Assembly (NCBI GenBank): GCA_963717505.1
Contig: OY970342.1
Coordinates: forward strand, 1,472,001 to 1,536,000
Reading direction: 5' to 3'
Source: Candidatus Eiseniibacteriota bacterium
GTDB lineage: Bacteria > Eisenbacteria > RBG-16-71-46
Length of the DNA stretch: 64,000 nucleotides
The notes beneath the pieces were generated by a model, which saw only the letters and a program-made list of their open reading frames with translations, made no database searches and was not told the DNA's origin. The position numbers and the translations under genes are program-made. Below, in pieces: positions 46,477-54,371 of this stretch (the first letter of the stretch is position 1; the number at the start of each line of letters is the position of its first letter).

Positions 46477-48606
46477 CTAGAAGTGGTAGCTGGCTTCGGC
46501 CATGAAGCGACGTGGCGGAGCCGGGTAGAACTGGGCGTCGCCGATCTCGCTCTCGGTGACCACGTGCCGATCGTCGCCGAGGTTGCGGCCGATCACCACC
46601 AGGCTCCACGGTCCGCGGTCGAACGAGAGTCCGGCGTCGAATTCCGTGAACGCTTCGGCGAAGAACGTGTTGCGGCGATTGAATGGCCGCTCACCCTGGT
46701 AGCGCAGCGCGAAATATCCGCCCACGCCGGACGGTGTGCGCAGGCTCGCACGCGCGTTGACCATGTCCTCGGGCACCAACTCGAGCCGCTTGCCGCTCAC
46801 GTCCCGGAACTGGCCATCGGGCGTCACGAACGTGAAGTCGACGAACTGGGCGTCGTGATGGCCGTAGCCGACCGCGATCGAGCTGCCGGGCACCGCCTCG
46901 GGCGACCACTGCACTTCGGTGTCGATGCCTTTGAAGCGCTCCTCGCCGGCGTTGGTCAGCTCGGGGAGACCGCCGGTACCGAGGATCGAAACCACCATGT
47001 TCTCGAAGGTCATGTCGAACCACGAGAGATTGAACGAGACGCCGTGGTCCATCCGCGCCTTGATTCCCGCTTCCCACGACGTGGTGTGCTCCGGCTCGAG
47101 GATCTCGGCGGCTTCGGCCTCCGCGAGATTCGGAGCCGCCGGCTTGAATGCACGCCGCACCGAACCGTAGACGTTCGCGGCCTGGAATACGCCGGCGCCG
47201 GCGGCCGGCACGAGGCGGTAGAGCACCGAGAAGTCGCCGGAGAAATCGGCATCGTCTCTGTGGTCGGCGACCGGCACCGGCCCGCTGGGCAGATCGGCTT
47301 CGGTTTCGAGCTCTTCGGAAACCGCATCGAAACGGCCGCCGCCTTCCAGCGTCACCCGCCAGGTCGGGGTCCACGCGTCGTGGACGTAGAAGCCGTAGAA
47401 CGTTCGCATGTCCTCGAACTCGCGATCCTCGACACTGGGGGTCGAGCCGGCATCCGGAATGTTCGGGTAGCCGGACAGGAACTGGTCGAAGCTGAACTCC
47501 CGACCCTCGCCCTTGGTCTCACCCCAGGTCACCGCCGCGCCGGCGATCAGCTCGTGGGTTCCGGCGGCATTCAGCTTGCCGATCCAGCGCAGGTCTTCGT
47601 ACAGCGAGGTCTCGCGCGGCTCGAGCTCGAGTCCTTCGGAAGTCAGCGTGTCCCCGGAGACTTCACCCGGGAAGCTCCGCAGATACTCCTGCTCGTCGAC
47701 CGCATAGCCGAGCGTGTTCTCGAGGTGATGCGAGCCGACGGGGAGGGTCAGGCGTGCGGTACCGCTGAAAACCGTGTGTTGGACCTTGGCGCCGCCCACC
47801 GCGTAGTTGCGGTCGATGACGAATCCCGGCACCAGCTCGCCCGAGTCGTAGGGCAGAGGCGAACCCCATTCCTGATGGTGGCGATAGCTGGCGACGTCGA
47901 GGGTCAGCCGGCCGCGTCCGAGTCCCATGCCCAGGGTCGCGCCGCCGCGACCGACATCACTCGAGGTCCGATCCTGCCAGCCGTCGTTGTTCGCGAAGCT
48001 GCCGCTGAGTCGCAGGTTTCTTCCGCCGCCCAGAGACTTGCCCCAGTTCACGCTGCCCTTGCCGCCCGAGAACGAGCCGCCGCTCACGCTCACCGCGCCG
48101 CCGCTCGCCGGTTCCGGGGTGAACACCTGGATCATTCCGGCGAATGCCGAGACTCCGTACATGGTTCCCTGCGGACCTTTGACCACTTCGATGCGATCGA
48201 TGTCCTCGATCGGCAGCTGGGACAACGAAGGATTGAACGGCCCGCCCACAGGCACCCCGTTCAGGGTGAACAACAGCGCGTCAAACTCCTTGAGTCCGTA
48301 CATGCCGACGTTGGGCAGGTAAGTGCCATTGTCCGAGCCTTCGCCGGTGTCGAGGCCGACGACGTCCTGCAGCGCTTCGGCGAACGTGTGTACGGCGCGT
48401 TGGCGAAGTTCCTTGCGGGTCACGACCGCGGTCGCGTTCGGCACATTGATCTGATCCCGTGGCGTGCGGGTCGCGGAAACCACGACCTCGGGGTGCTCGA
48501 CGGTCAACGTGTCGGCGGGGTCCGCGGGCGCGGCGGCGGCTCGAGTGGCTTCGGCGGCCGAACCGAGAAAGAGGGCAAGCAAGATGGAAGCGAGTGGACG
48601 CAGCAT
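46477..48606 (-). CDS. TonB-dependent receptor
   Basis: Signal peptide, EVVVSATR TonB box, IDRIEVVKGP...YG plug, NL.D, C-terminal YHF; AAGGAG SD. Confidence 0.93.
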   Translation of the reverse strand: MLRPLASILLALFLGSAAEATRAAAAPADPADTLTVEHPEVVVSATRTPRDQINVPNATAVVTRKELRQRAVHTFAEALQDVVGLDTGEGSDNGTYLPNVGMYGLKEFDALLFTLNGVPVGGPFNPSLSQLPIEDIDRIEVVKGPQGTMYGVSAFAGMIQVFTPEPASGGAVSVSGGSFSGGKGSVNWGKSLGGGRNLRLSGSFANNDGWQDRTSSDVGRGGATLGMGLGRGRLTLDVASYRHHQEWGSPLPYDSGELVPGFVIDRNYAVGGAKVQHTVFSGTARLTLPVGSHHLENTLGYAVDEQEYLRSFPGEVSGDTLTSEGLELEPRETSLYEDLRWIGKLNAAGTHELIAGAAVTWGETKGEGREFSFDQFLSGYPNIPDAGSTPSVEDREFEDMRTFYGFYVHDAWTPTWRVTLEGGGRFDAVSEELETEADLPSGPVPVADHRDDADFSGDFSVLYRLVPAAGAGVFQAANVYGSVRRAFKPAAPNLAEAEAAEILEPEHTTSWEAGIKARMDHGVSFNLSWFDMTFENMVVSILGTGGLPELTNAGEERFKGIDTEVQWSPEAVPGSSIAVGYGHHDAQFVDFTFVTPDGQFRDVSGKRLELVPEDMVNARASLRTPSGVGGYFALRYQGERPFNRRNTFFAEAFTEFDAGLSFDRGPWSLVVIGRNLGDDRHVVTESEIGDAQFYPAPPRRFMAEASYHF

Positions 48607-48730
48607 GAAAGACTCCTTCGATCGGAGCTGAGCGCGGCGTGGGTAGCTCACGAACGGCACCCGATCGGGCGGTGGCGGAGTTCGAAGGGTGAAGCGGCCG
48701 GGGGGGCGAAACGCCGGAGGCGAACCCCGA

Positions 48731-49048
48731 CTAGGTCCGGAGTGGAGTGGACCTCGGTGGCTCGAACGTGCACGAGAACCGGGTGGGGGGCACCTCGGTG
48801 GGGGACGTGGACGTTTGATCTTCGCGTGTGTACGTCGCTTCCGGGGCCGAGAACTCGTCGCCGTCTTCACCCTCGAGTGCTTCGGCGTTCAGGCTGCGCG
48901 GGTCGACGCTCGACGTGCCCGAAACGACGCCGTCGAGGACCGACTGCTCGACACTCATCGCGTCGTCGATGGAAGCAACATCGCTCATGTGGGGCTCGAT
49001 GCCGGCGCCGGCGAGCGCGGACCACACGGTGAGCATCGCGACGATCAT
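48731..49048 (-). CDS. Small ORF with hydrophobic N-terminus, acidic linker and C-terminal EPPR (candidate leader peptide)
   Basis: Fills the gap between cdaA and the TonB receptor gene on the same strand. Confidence 0.5.
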   Translation of the reverse strand: MIVAMLTVWSALAGAGIEPHMSDVASIDDAMSVEQSVLDGVVSGTSSVDPRSLNAEALEGEDGDEFSAPEATYTREDQTSTSPTEVPPTRFSCTFEPPRSTPLRT

Positions 49049-49054
49049 GGGGCG

Positions 49055-49894
49055 TCAGGCCTTACCGGTGGCGCGGACCTCGGGCTCGGCGTCGTCGCTG
49101 CTCGCGTCGACCCCCATTTCGCCCGACGTCGTGTCGTCCTCGGAACGCACGCGGAAGATCCGCGACAGCTCGCTGCGCAACTCGCCTTCGTTCAGGTTCT
49201 GCTTCAGCCGGCCACGCGAAGCGACCGAGATGCCGCCGGTCTGCTCGCTGACCACGATCACCGCCGCGTCGGTCTCTTCCGAGAGACCGAGGGCGGCGCG
49301 ATGGCGCGTGCCGAGCATCTCGCTCATGCGCGGATTGCTCGACAGCGGCAGGATGCACGAGGCGGCGAGCACGTTGTCCTCGCGCAGGATCACCGCACCG
49401 TCGTGGAGCGGCGAGCCCGGGCTGAACAGGGTCACCAGCAGCTCGGCCGACGCCTTGGCGTCGAGCCGCGTGCCGGTCTCGACGAAGTTCCTGAGGCCCG
49501 TGTTGCGCTCGAGCACGATCAGAGCGCCGTGCCGGCGCCGGCCGAGGGTCTCGACCGCACGAATCGTCTCGCCCAGGAAGCCGATGTTGTCGCCGCGCAG
49601 GAACGATCGGAAGTAGCGGGTGCGGCCGAACAGGGCCAGCACGTGGCGCAGCTCGGGCTGGAAGATGATGACGAAGGCGATCAGCCAGACGGTCTTCAGG
49701 CCCTCGACGATCCAGCGGATCGCGATCAGGTCCAGTTCGCGCGCCACCAGCCCGACCAGGACGATGACCAGGAGACCAACGTACATCTGGGCCGAACGCG
49801 TGCCCTTGACCAGGATCAGCAGGCGATAGAAGAGAATCGCCACCAACAGGATGTCGAGGACGTCGAGGAGCCAGATGCCGTGGACAGGGGTCAT
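49055..49894 (-). CDS. cdaA: Diadenylate cyclase CdaA
   Basis: 3 TM, IIFQPELR, LHDGA, GTRHRAA, VVSE. Confidence 0.95.
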   Translation of the reverse strand: MTPVHGIWLLDVLDILLVAILFYRLLILVKGTRSAQMYVGLLVIVLVGLVARELDLIAIRWIVEGLKTVWLIAFVIIFQPELRHVLALFGRTRYFRSFLRGDNIGFLGETIRAVETLGRRRHGALIVLERNTGLRNFVETGTRLDAKASAELLVTLFSPGSPLHDGAVILREDNVLAASCILPLSSNPRMSEMLGTRHRAALGLSEETDAAVIVVSEQTGGISVASRGRLKQNLNEGELRSELSRIFRVRSEDDTTSGEMGVDASSDDAEPEVRATGKA

Positions 49895-50766
49895 GTGTGT
49901 TGGATCGGCGCGGGACGCTGCGAATGTAACAGATGATTGGCTCGGAGCGCCGCAGCAACGCGCACGGCGCGTGCGGTCTCGAGTACATCGTGGGTGCGGA
50001 TGATGTTCGCCCCGAGGTAGATGCTGATCGCCGCCGCGGCGAGGCCGCCCTCGATTCGCTGGTCGGTCGGGAGGTCGAGGATCCGGCCGAGGAAGCTCTT
50101 GCGTGACGCCCCGACGACGATCGGACGCCCCAGTTCTGCCAGTTCCGGAAGACGGGCGATCAGCTCGAGGCTGTGTTCCAGGGTCTTGCCGAAGCCGATT
50201 CCGGGGTCGAGTGCGATTTGTTGGGGCGCGATGCCGGCGGCCACCGCACGGCGCATGCGGTCGGCCAGAAAGTCGCGTACTTCGGCCGCTACGTCGTCAT
50301 AGTGCGGGTCGACCTGCATGGTCGCCGGCGTGCCGCGCATGTGCATGAGCACCAGTCCGGCGCCCTTCTGCGCCACCGTCCCGGCCATGGCGGGGTCGCC
50401 CAGCGCGGTGACGTCGTTGATCGCGTGCGCCCCGGCGTCGAGCGCGGCACGGGCGACCTCGGCACTGGCGGTGTCGACCGACAGCGCCGGGCCTTTGGAG
50501 TCCGACGCCAGTGCCTCGAACACCGGCAGCAATCGACGCTTCTGTTCGGCTGCGGGGACCGGGGCCGAGCCCGGTCGCGTGCTCTCGGCGCCCAGGTCGA
50601 TCAGGTCGGCGCCTTCGGCGGCGAGCCGGCGGGCGTGGTCGATGGCAGCCTCGGGCTCGAGGAATCGGCCCCCGTCCGAGAACGAGTCAGGCGTGACGTT
50701 GACCACGCCCATCACGAGCGGGCCCGCCGCCAGGTCGAACACGCGATTACGGCAGCGCCAGATCAT
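49891..50766 (-). CDS. folP: Dihydropteroate synthase
   Basis: NVTPDSFSDGG, ESTRPG, DPGIGFGK, SRKSF, RTHDV. Confidence 0.96.
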   Translation of the reverse strand: MIWRCRNRVFDLAAGPLVMGVVNVTPDSFSDGGRFLEPEAAIDHARRLAAEGADLIDLGAESTRPGSAPVPAAEQKRRLLPVFEALASDSKGPALSVDTASAEVARAALDAGAHAINDVTALGDPAMAGTVAQKGAGLVLMHMRGTPATMQVDPHYDDVAAEVRDFLADRMRRAVAAGIAPQQIALDPGIGFGKTLEHSLELIARLPELAELGRPIVVGASRKSFLGRILDLPTDQRIEGGLAAAAISIYLGANIIRTHDVLETARAVRVAAALRANHLLHSQRPAPIQHT

Positions 50767-50821
50767 GGTACCCCTTCGGATTCGCTGGGAGCCCGCCGCG
50801 GTGCGGGAGGTCTGCGCCGGC

Positions 50822-51298
50822 TCAGCGCAAGACCGCCTCCTTGAGCCTCTGGATTTGTGCGGCGTGGTTGTGCGCGTGCTTGGCGTAGATCTCGAGCCAG
50901 GTCTCGGCCGTGTAGCGTCCGCTCTCGGAGTGCGTGCCCTCGCGTCGCCATTCTTCGTCGGACATCACGCCGAGCAACTGCGCGGTGGTCGCGCGCGCCG
51001 CGAGAAACGCGGTCATCGCCGGCGCGATGTCGCGCTCTTCGTAGCGGAGTCGGCGCGCGTACGCCTCCTGGTCGTAGCCATGGATCACAGGGTTGTCCTC
51101 GGCCAGGAGACGACGCAGACGGATCGCCGAGGTCATCTCGCTGTCGGCCAGGTGATGAATGATTTCCGCTGCCGACCACTTTCCGGGGAAAGGGTGGGAA
51201 GTGAGGTGCTTCCTCGGGAATCCTTCGAGCGCCCGCTCGACCTCGTCGTAGCCGTCGGCGTAGCGCGAGATCAGTTCCGCACGTTCCTGCCGTGTCAT
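50822..51298 (-). CDS. DinB/YfiT family protein
   Basis: WSAAEIIHHLADSE, HAHNH; AGGAG SD. Confidence 0.9.
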   Translation of the reverse strand: MTRQERAELISRYADGYDEVERALEGFPRKHLTSHPFPGKWSAAEIIHHLADSEMTSAIRLRRLLAEDNPVIHGYDQEAYARRLRYEERDIAPAMTAFLAARATTAQLLGVMSDEEWRREGTHSESGRYTAETWLEIYAKHAHNHAAQIQRLKEAVLR

Positions 51299-51381
51299 GG
51301 CTGGTCTCCTGCCCATTTGTGTCGTGAGTCCCGGCGCGAAACGCTGCCGCTCCGGCACTCTCCGGCAAACGCTGACCGCCG

Positions 51382-51411
51382 TTGACGTTCCAGAGGTCAT
51401 GATGGTAGCAC
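51382..51411 (+). promoter_or_regulatory. Possible promoter for the OmpA-family gene
   Basis: TTGACG-N18-TAGCAC with TG extension. Confidence 0.35.
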
Positions 51412-51523
51412 TTACCGGTCTTTTTGCCCTCGACCGGCTGTGCGACCGGAACTGCCGGCTTCTCGTCGCTGCACACCTCGCTTCGCACGCGCACATTTGC
51501 TCAGTTCAGGGAGGCACCGCCCG

Positions 51524-52990
51524 ATGAAGTGGTCGAAGCGCGTGGCGCTTGGCGCCGCGCTGCTGGTGAGTTCCGTCGTGCCCGCTTCGGCCCAGGTCAC
51601 CGGCCGCCCGTTCGAGGTTTCCGCGGGTGCCGGCTTGATGGCCTTCGACACCCGCACCTACATCAAGGACGCCCCGACCTACGGCCTGTCGCTCGGCTGG
51701 CGCTGGTCGCCGTGGGTCTCGTTCGACGCGGCACTGCAATACACGATGTCTGAGTCGACCGTGGGGACCTCGGGGGCCGACCACGAATTTGGCTACCTCG
51801 GGCTCGACGTGCGCTGGCATCTGCGTCCGGCCGAGGACAAGGTCGTTCCCTATCTGCTGACCGGCGTCGGCTACGCGAGCAGCGAGAGCGACGCCCGTTC
51901 CCCGGTCTCGAGCGAGGGCATGGCCGGGAGCCTGGGGATCGGCCTGCTCTACAACCTCCTGGGAAATCCACGCACCTACCTGCGGCTGCAAGTGCGCGAC
52001 ATGCTCCTGCGCGACCGGACGACGGACCTGGTCAATGATTTCGCAGTGACCGCGGCGTTCCACTACGTGATCGGTGGCAAGTACAAGGACGTCGACTACG
52101 ACAGCGTGCGCGATTGGCTCGACAACTGCCCGCTGACTCCGATCGGGGCCACGGTCACGGCCGAAGGCTGCCCGACCGATGCCGACCGCGACAGCGTCTG
52201 GGACGGCGTCGACCAGTGCGACAGCACGGCGTTCGGCTGCAAGGTCGACGACAAGGGCTGTCCGCTGGATGCCGACGGCGACAAGGTGTGTGACGGCATC
52301 GACAAGTGCGCCGACACGCCGCTCGGCGCCGCCGTCGACAGTTTGGGGTGCACCGCCGATTCGGACGGGGACGGTGTGCTCGACGGCCTCGACCAGTGCG
52401 CCGACACACCCAAGGGCGCCACGATTGACGCACTCGGCTGCTCGGTCGACACCGACGGCGACGGCGTTGCCGACGGCATCGACCAGTGCGCGAAGACGCC
52501 GAAGAACGTGCCGGTCGACGAGCGCGGCTGCCCGACGCCCGAAGGCCTGCTCATGATCGAGTTGATGGACAGCGGCAAGATCCGGCTCCAGAACGTCAAG
52601 TTCGCGACCGGATCCGCCAACCTGGTCGAGGAGGCCAAGCCGGTTCTCGACGTCGTGGGTGGGGTTCTGCTCAAGATGCCGACGCTCAACTTCGAGATCG
52701 GCGGTCACACCGACAACCAGGGCGGCGCCGACCTGAACCGCCGGCTCAGCGAATCGCGCGCGAAGTCGGTCCGCGACTACCTGCTGGGGCGGTTCCCCGA
52801 GATCAACCGGGAGCGGCTGAGTGTGCGCGGCTACGGATCATCGAAAGCGATCGCGCCGAACACGACCGAAGCCGGCCGGGTCGCGAACCGGCGAGTCGAG
52901 TTCGTGGTCACCAACCGCGACGAGCTGCTGCGCATCATCCGCGGCGAGCCGGCGCCGACGCCGGAGAAGACGCCGGAGGGCGGCAACTAG
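51524..52990 (+). CDS. OmpA family protein: beta-barrel + thrombospondin type 3 repeats + peptidoglycan-binding domain
   Basis: Five DxDxDxVxDxxDxC...GC repeats, GHTD, LSESRA, NRRVE. Confidence 0.93.
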   Translation: MKWSKRVALGAALLVSSVVPASAQVTGRPFEVSAGAGLMAFDTRTYIKDAPTYGLSLGWRWSPWVSFDAALQYTMSESTVGTSGADHEFGYLGLDVRWHLRPAEDKVVPYLLTGVGYASSESDARSPVSSEGMAGSLGIGLLYNLLGNPRTYLRLQVRDMLLRDRTTDLVNDFAVTAAFHYVIGGKYKDVDYDSVRDWLDNCPLTPIGATVTAEGCPTDADRDSVWDGVDQCDSTAFGCKVDDKGCPLDADGDKVCDGIDKCADTPLGAAVDSLGCTADSDGDGVLDGLDQCADTPKGATIDALGCSVDTDGDGVADGIDQCAKTPKNVPVDERGCPTPEGLLMIELMDSGKIRLQNVKFATGSANLVEEAKPVLDVVGGVLLKMPTLNFEIGGHTDNQGGADLNRRLSESRAKSVRDYLLGRFPEINRERLSVRGYGSSKAIAPNTTEAGRVANRRVEFVVTNRDELLRIIRGEPAPTPEKTPEGGN

Positions 52991-53010
52991 CCTTCTGGAA
53001 CGCAATTGCG

Positions 53011-53048
53011 ACGGGCCCCGTGCCAACGGGCGCGGGGCCCGTTCTTCT
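53011..53048 (+). terminator. Intrinsic terminator after the OmpA-family gene
   Basis: ACGGGCCCCGTGCC/GGCGCGGGGCCCGT stem followed by TCTTCT. Confidence 0.7.
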
Positions 53049-53101
53049 GGGAGTGATTGCGATAGTCTTGGGGGCCCATTCGGTGAACGCGGGAGGGCCA
53101 C

Positions 53102-53437
53102 ATGACCATTGCCGAGCTGCGTCTGTGGGTGCCGGGGATGAACCTTCTGGGTGCGGCCGCCGTCGCCGCGCTGTCGCTGCCGTTGATCCGGCGCCGGGTT
53201 CCGATGAACCCGTTCTACGGTGCGCGGTTTCCGAAGTCGTTCCAGTCGGACGACCTCTGGTACCGCATCAACGAGCACGCCGGCAGGGTGCTGTTGCGAT
53301 GGTCGGTGGTGGTCGCCATTCTGGGGGTCGTCGCGTTGTTCGTCGGCGACGCGCGCGTGCTCACCGCGCTGGGGTTTGCCCCCGCGCTGTACCTGATCGG
53401 GGCGGTCGAGTCGTACCTGTACTCGCGGAAGCTCTAG
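53102..53437 (+). CDS. SdpI/YfhL family membrane protein
   Basis: MNPFYGAR...SDDLW..IN..AG; 3 TM. Confidence 0.8.
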   Translation: MTIAELRLWVPGMNLLGAAAVAALSLPLIRRRVPMNPFYGARFPKSFQSDDLWYRINEHAGRVLLRWSVVVAILGVVALFVGDARVLTALGFAPALYLIGAVESYLYSRKL

Positions 53438-53522
53438 CACCAGGAGTCCACTGAATGGTTCTCCGCGCATCTGCTCCGAACTCGAGCCACGGTTCAACGT
53501 ATGCGGAACCATTGGAGGTGCT

Positions 53523-54281
53523 GTGAGGACAGAGGCAGGCGGAAATGCCAGCAAAGTACCCGAGGTCAACCTGCTCTTCTGGATCATGAAGATCGCCGCC
53601 ACCACCCTCGGTGAGACCGCCGGCGACGCGGTATCCATGTCGATGAATCTTGGCTACCTGGTGGCTACCGGCATCTTCGCTGCACTGTGCATTGCGGCCG
53701 TTGGCATCCAGATCGCTGCCAAGCGCTTCCATCCCGTGGTCTACTGGATCACCATCATCACCACCACCACGGTGGGCACGACGCTCGCCGATTTCGCCAC
53801 TCGCTCCCTGGGGATCGGCTACGCGGGAGGGAGTGCGCTCCTGCTCGTGCTTCTCGTCGGATCGCTCGCGGTCTGGTATCGCACGATGGGCGTGGTGTCC
53901 GTGATTTCGGTGAGCACGCCCAAGGTCGAGATGTTCTACTGGGTGACGATCATGTTCTCGCAGACGCTCGGCACCGCGCTCGGCGACTGGACCGCGGATA
54001 CGGCCGGCTTGGGCTACGCCGGGGCGGCGGTGGTCTTTGGCGCATTGTTGCTGATGGTGGCCGCTGCATACTTCTGGACCCGCATCTCGCGCACCGTGCT
54101 GTTCTGGGCCGCCTTCGTACTGACGAGGCCCCTCGGTGCCGTAGTCGGAGACTTTCTCGACAAGCCGGTTGCGTCTGGCGGGCTGGCCCTGAGCCGCTAT
54201 ACGGCGTCGGCGGTGCTGCTGGTTTTCGTATTCGGTTGCATCATGGTGTTCAAGCAGAAGGCGGCCAGGGCGAGTCATTGA
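53523..54281 (+). CDS. DUF347/COG4705 membrane protein
   Basis: SKVPEV..FWIMKI.ATTLGETAGD, TLGTALGD, LTRPLGA. Confidence 0.88.
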   Translation: MRTEAGGNASKVPEVNLLFWIMKIAATTLGETAGDAVSMSMNLGYLVATGIFAALCIAAVGIQIAAKRFHPVVYWITIITTTTVGTTLADFATRSLGIGYAGGSALLLVLLVGSLAVWYRTMGVVSVISVSTPKVEMFYWVTIMFSQTLGTALGDWTADTAGLGYAGAAVVFGALLLMVAAAYFWTRISRTVLFWAAFVLTRPLGAVVGDFLDKPVASGGLALSRYTASAVLLVFVFGCIMVFKQKAARASH

Positions 54282-54371
54282 CCGCCTCATCAATCGGGAC
54301 GATGGCAGTTCCGGCGCCCGAGATTCCGCCGCTCCACGCGCCGCCGGAGCGTGGCTCGCGGGGAAAGCACA

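Noticed and set aside
48607-48730. Cobalamin or c-di-AMP riboswitch before the TonB receptor
   Set aside because: No recognisable B12-box or ydaO consensus by eye; an Rfam scan would be needed
46294-49032. 912-aa plus-strand ORF
   Set aside because: Antisense to the tRNA and TonB receptor; no motifs
52085-52535. Regularly spaced repeats resembling an array
   Set aside because: Degenerate in-frame thrombospondin type 3 protein repeats, not CRISPR
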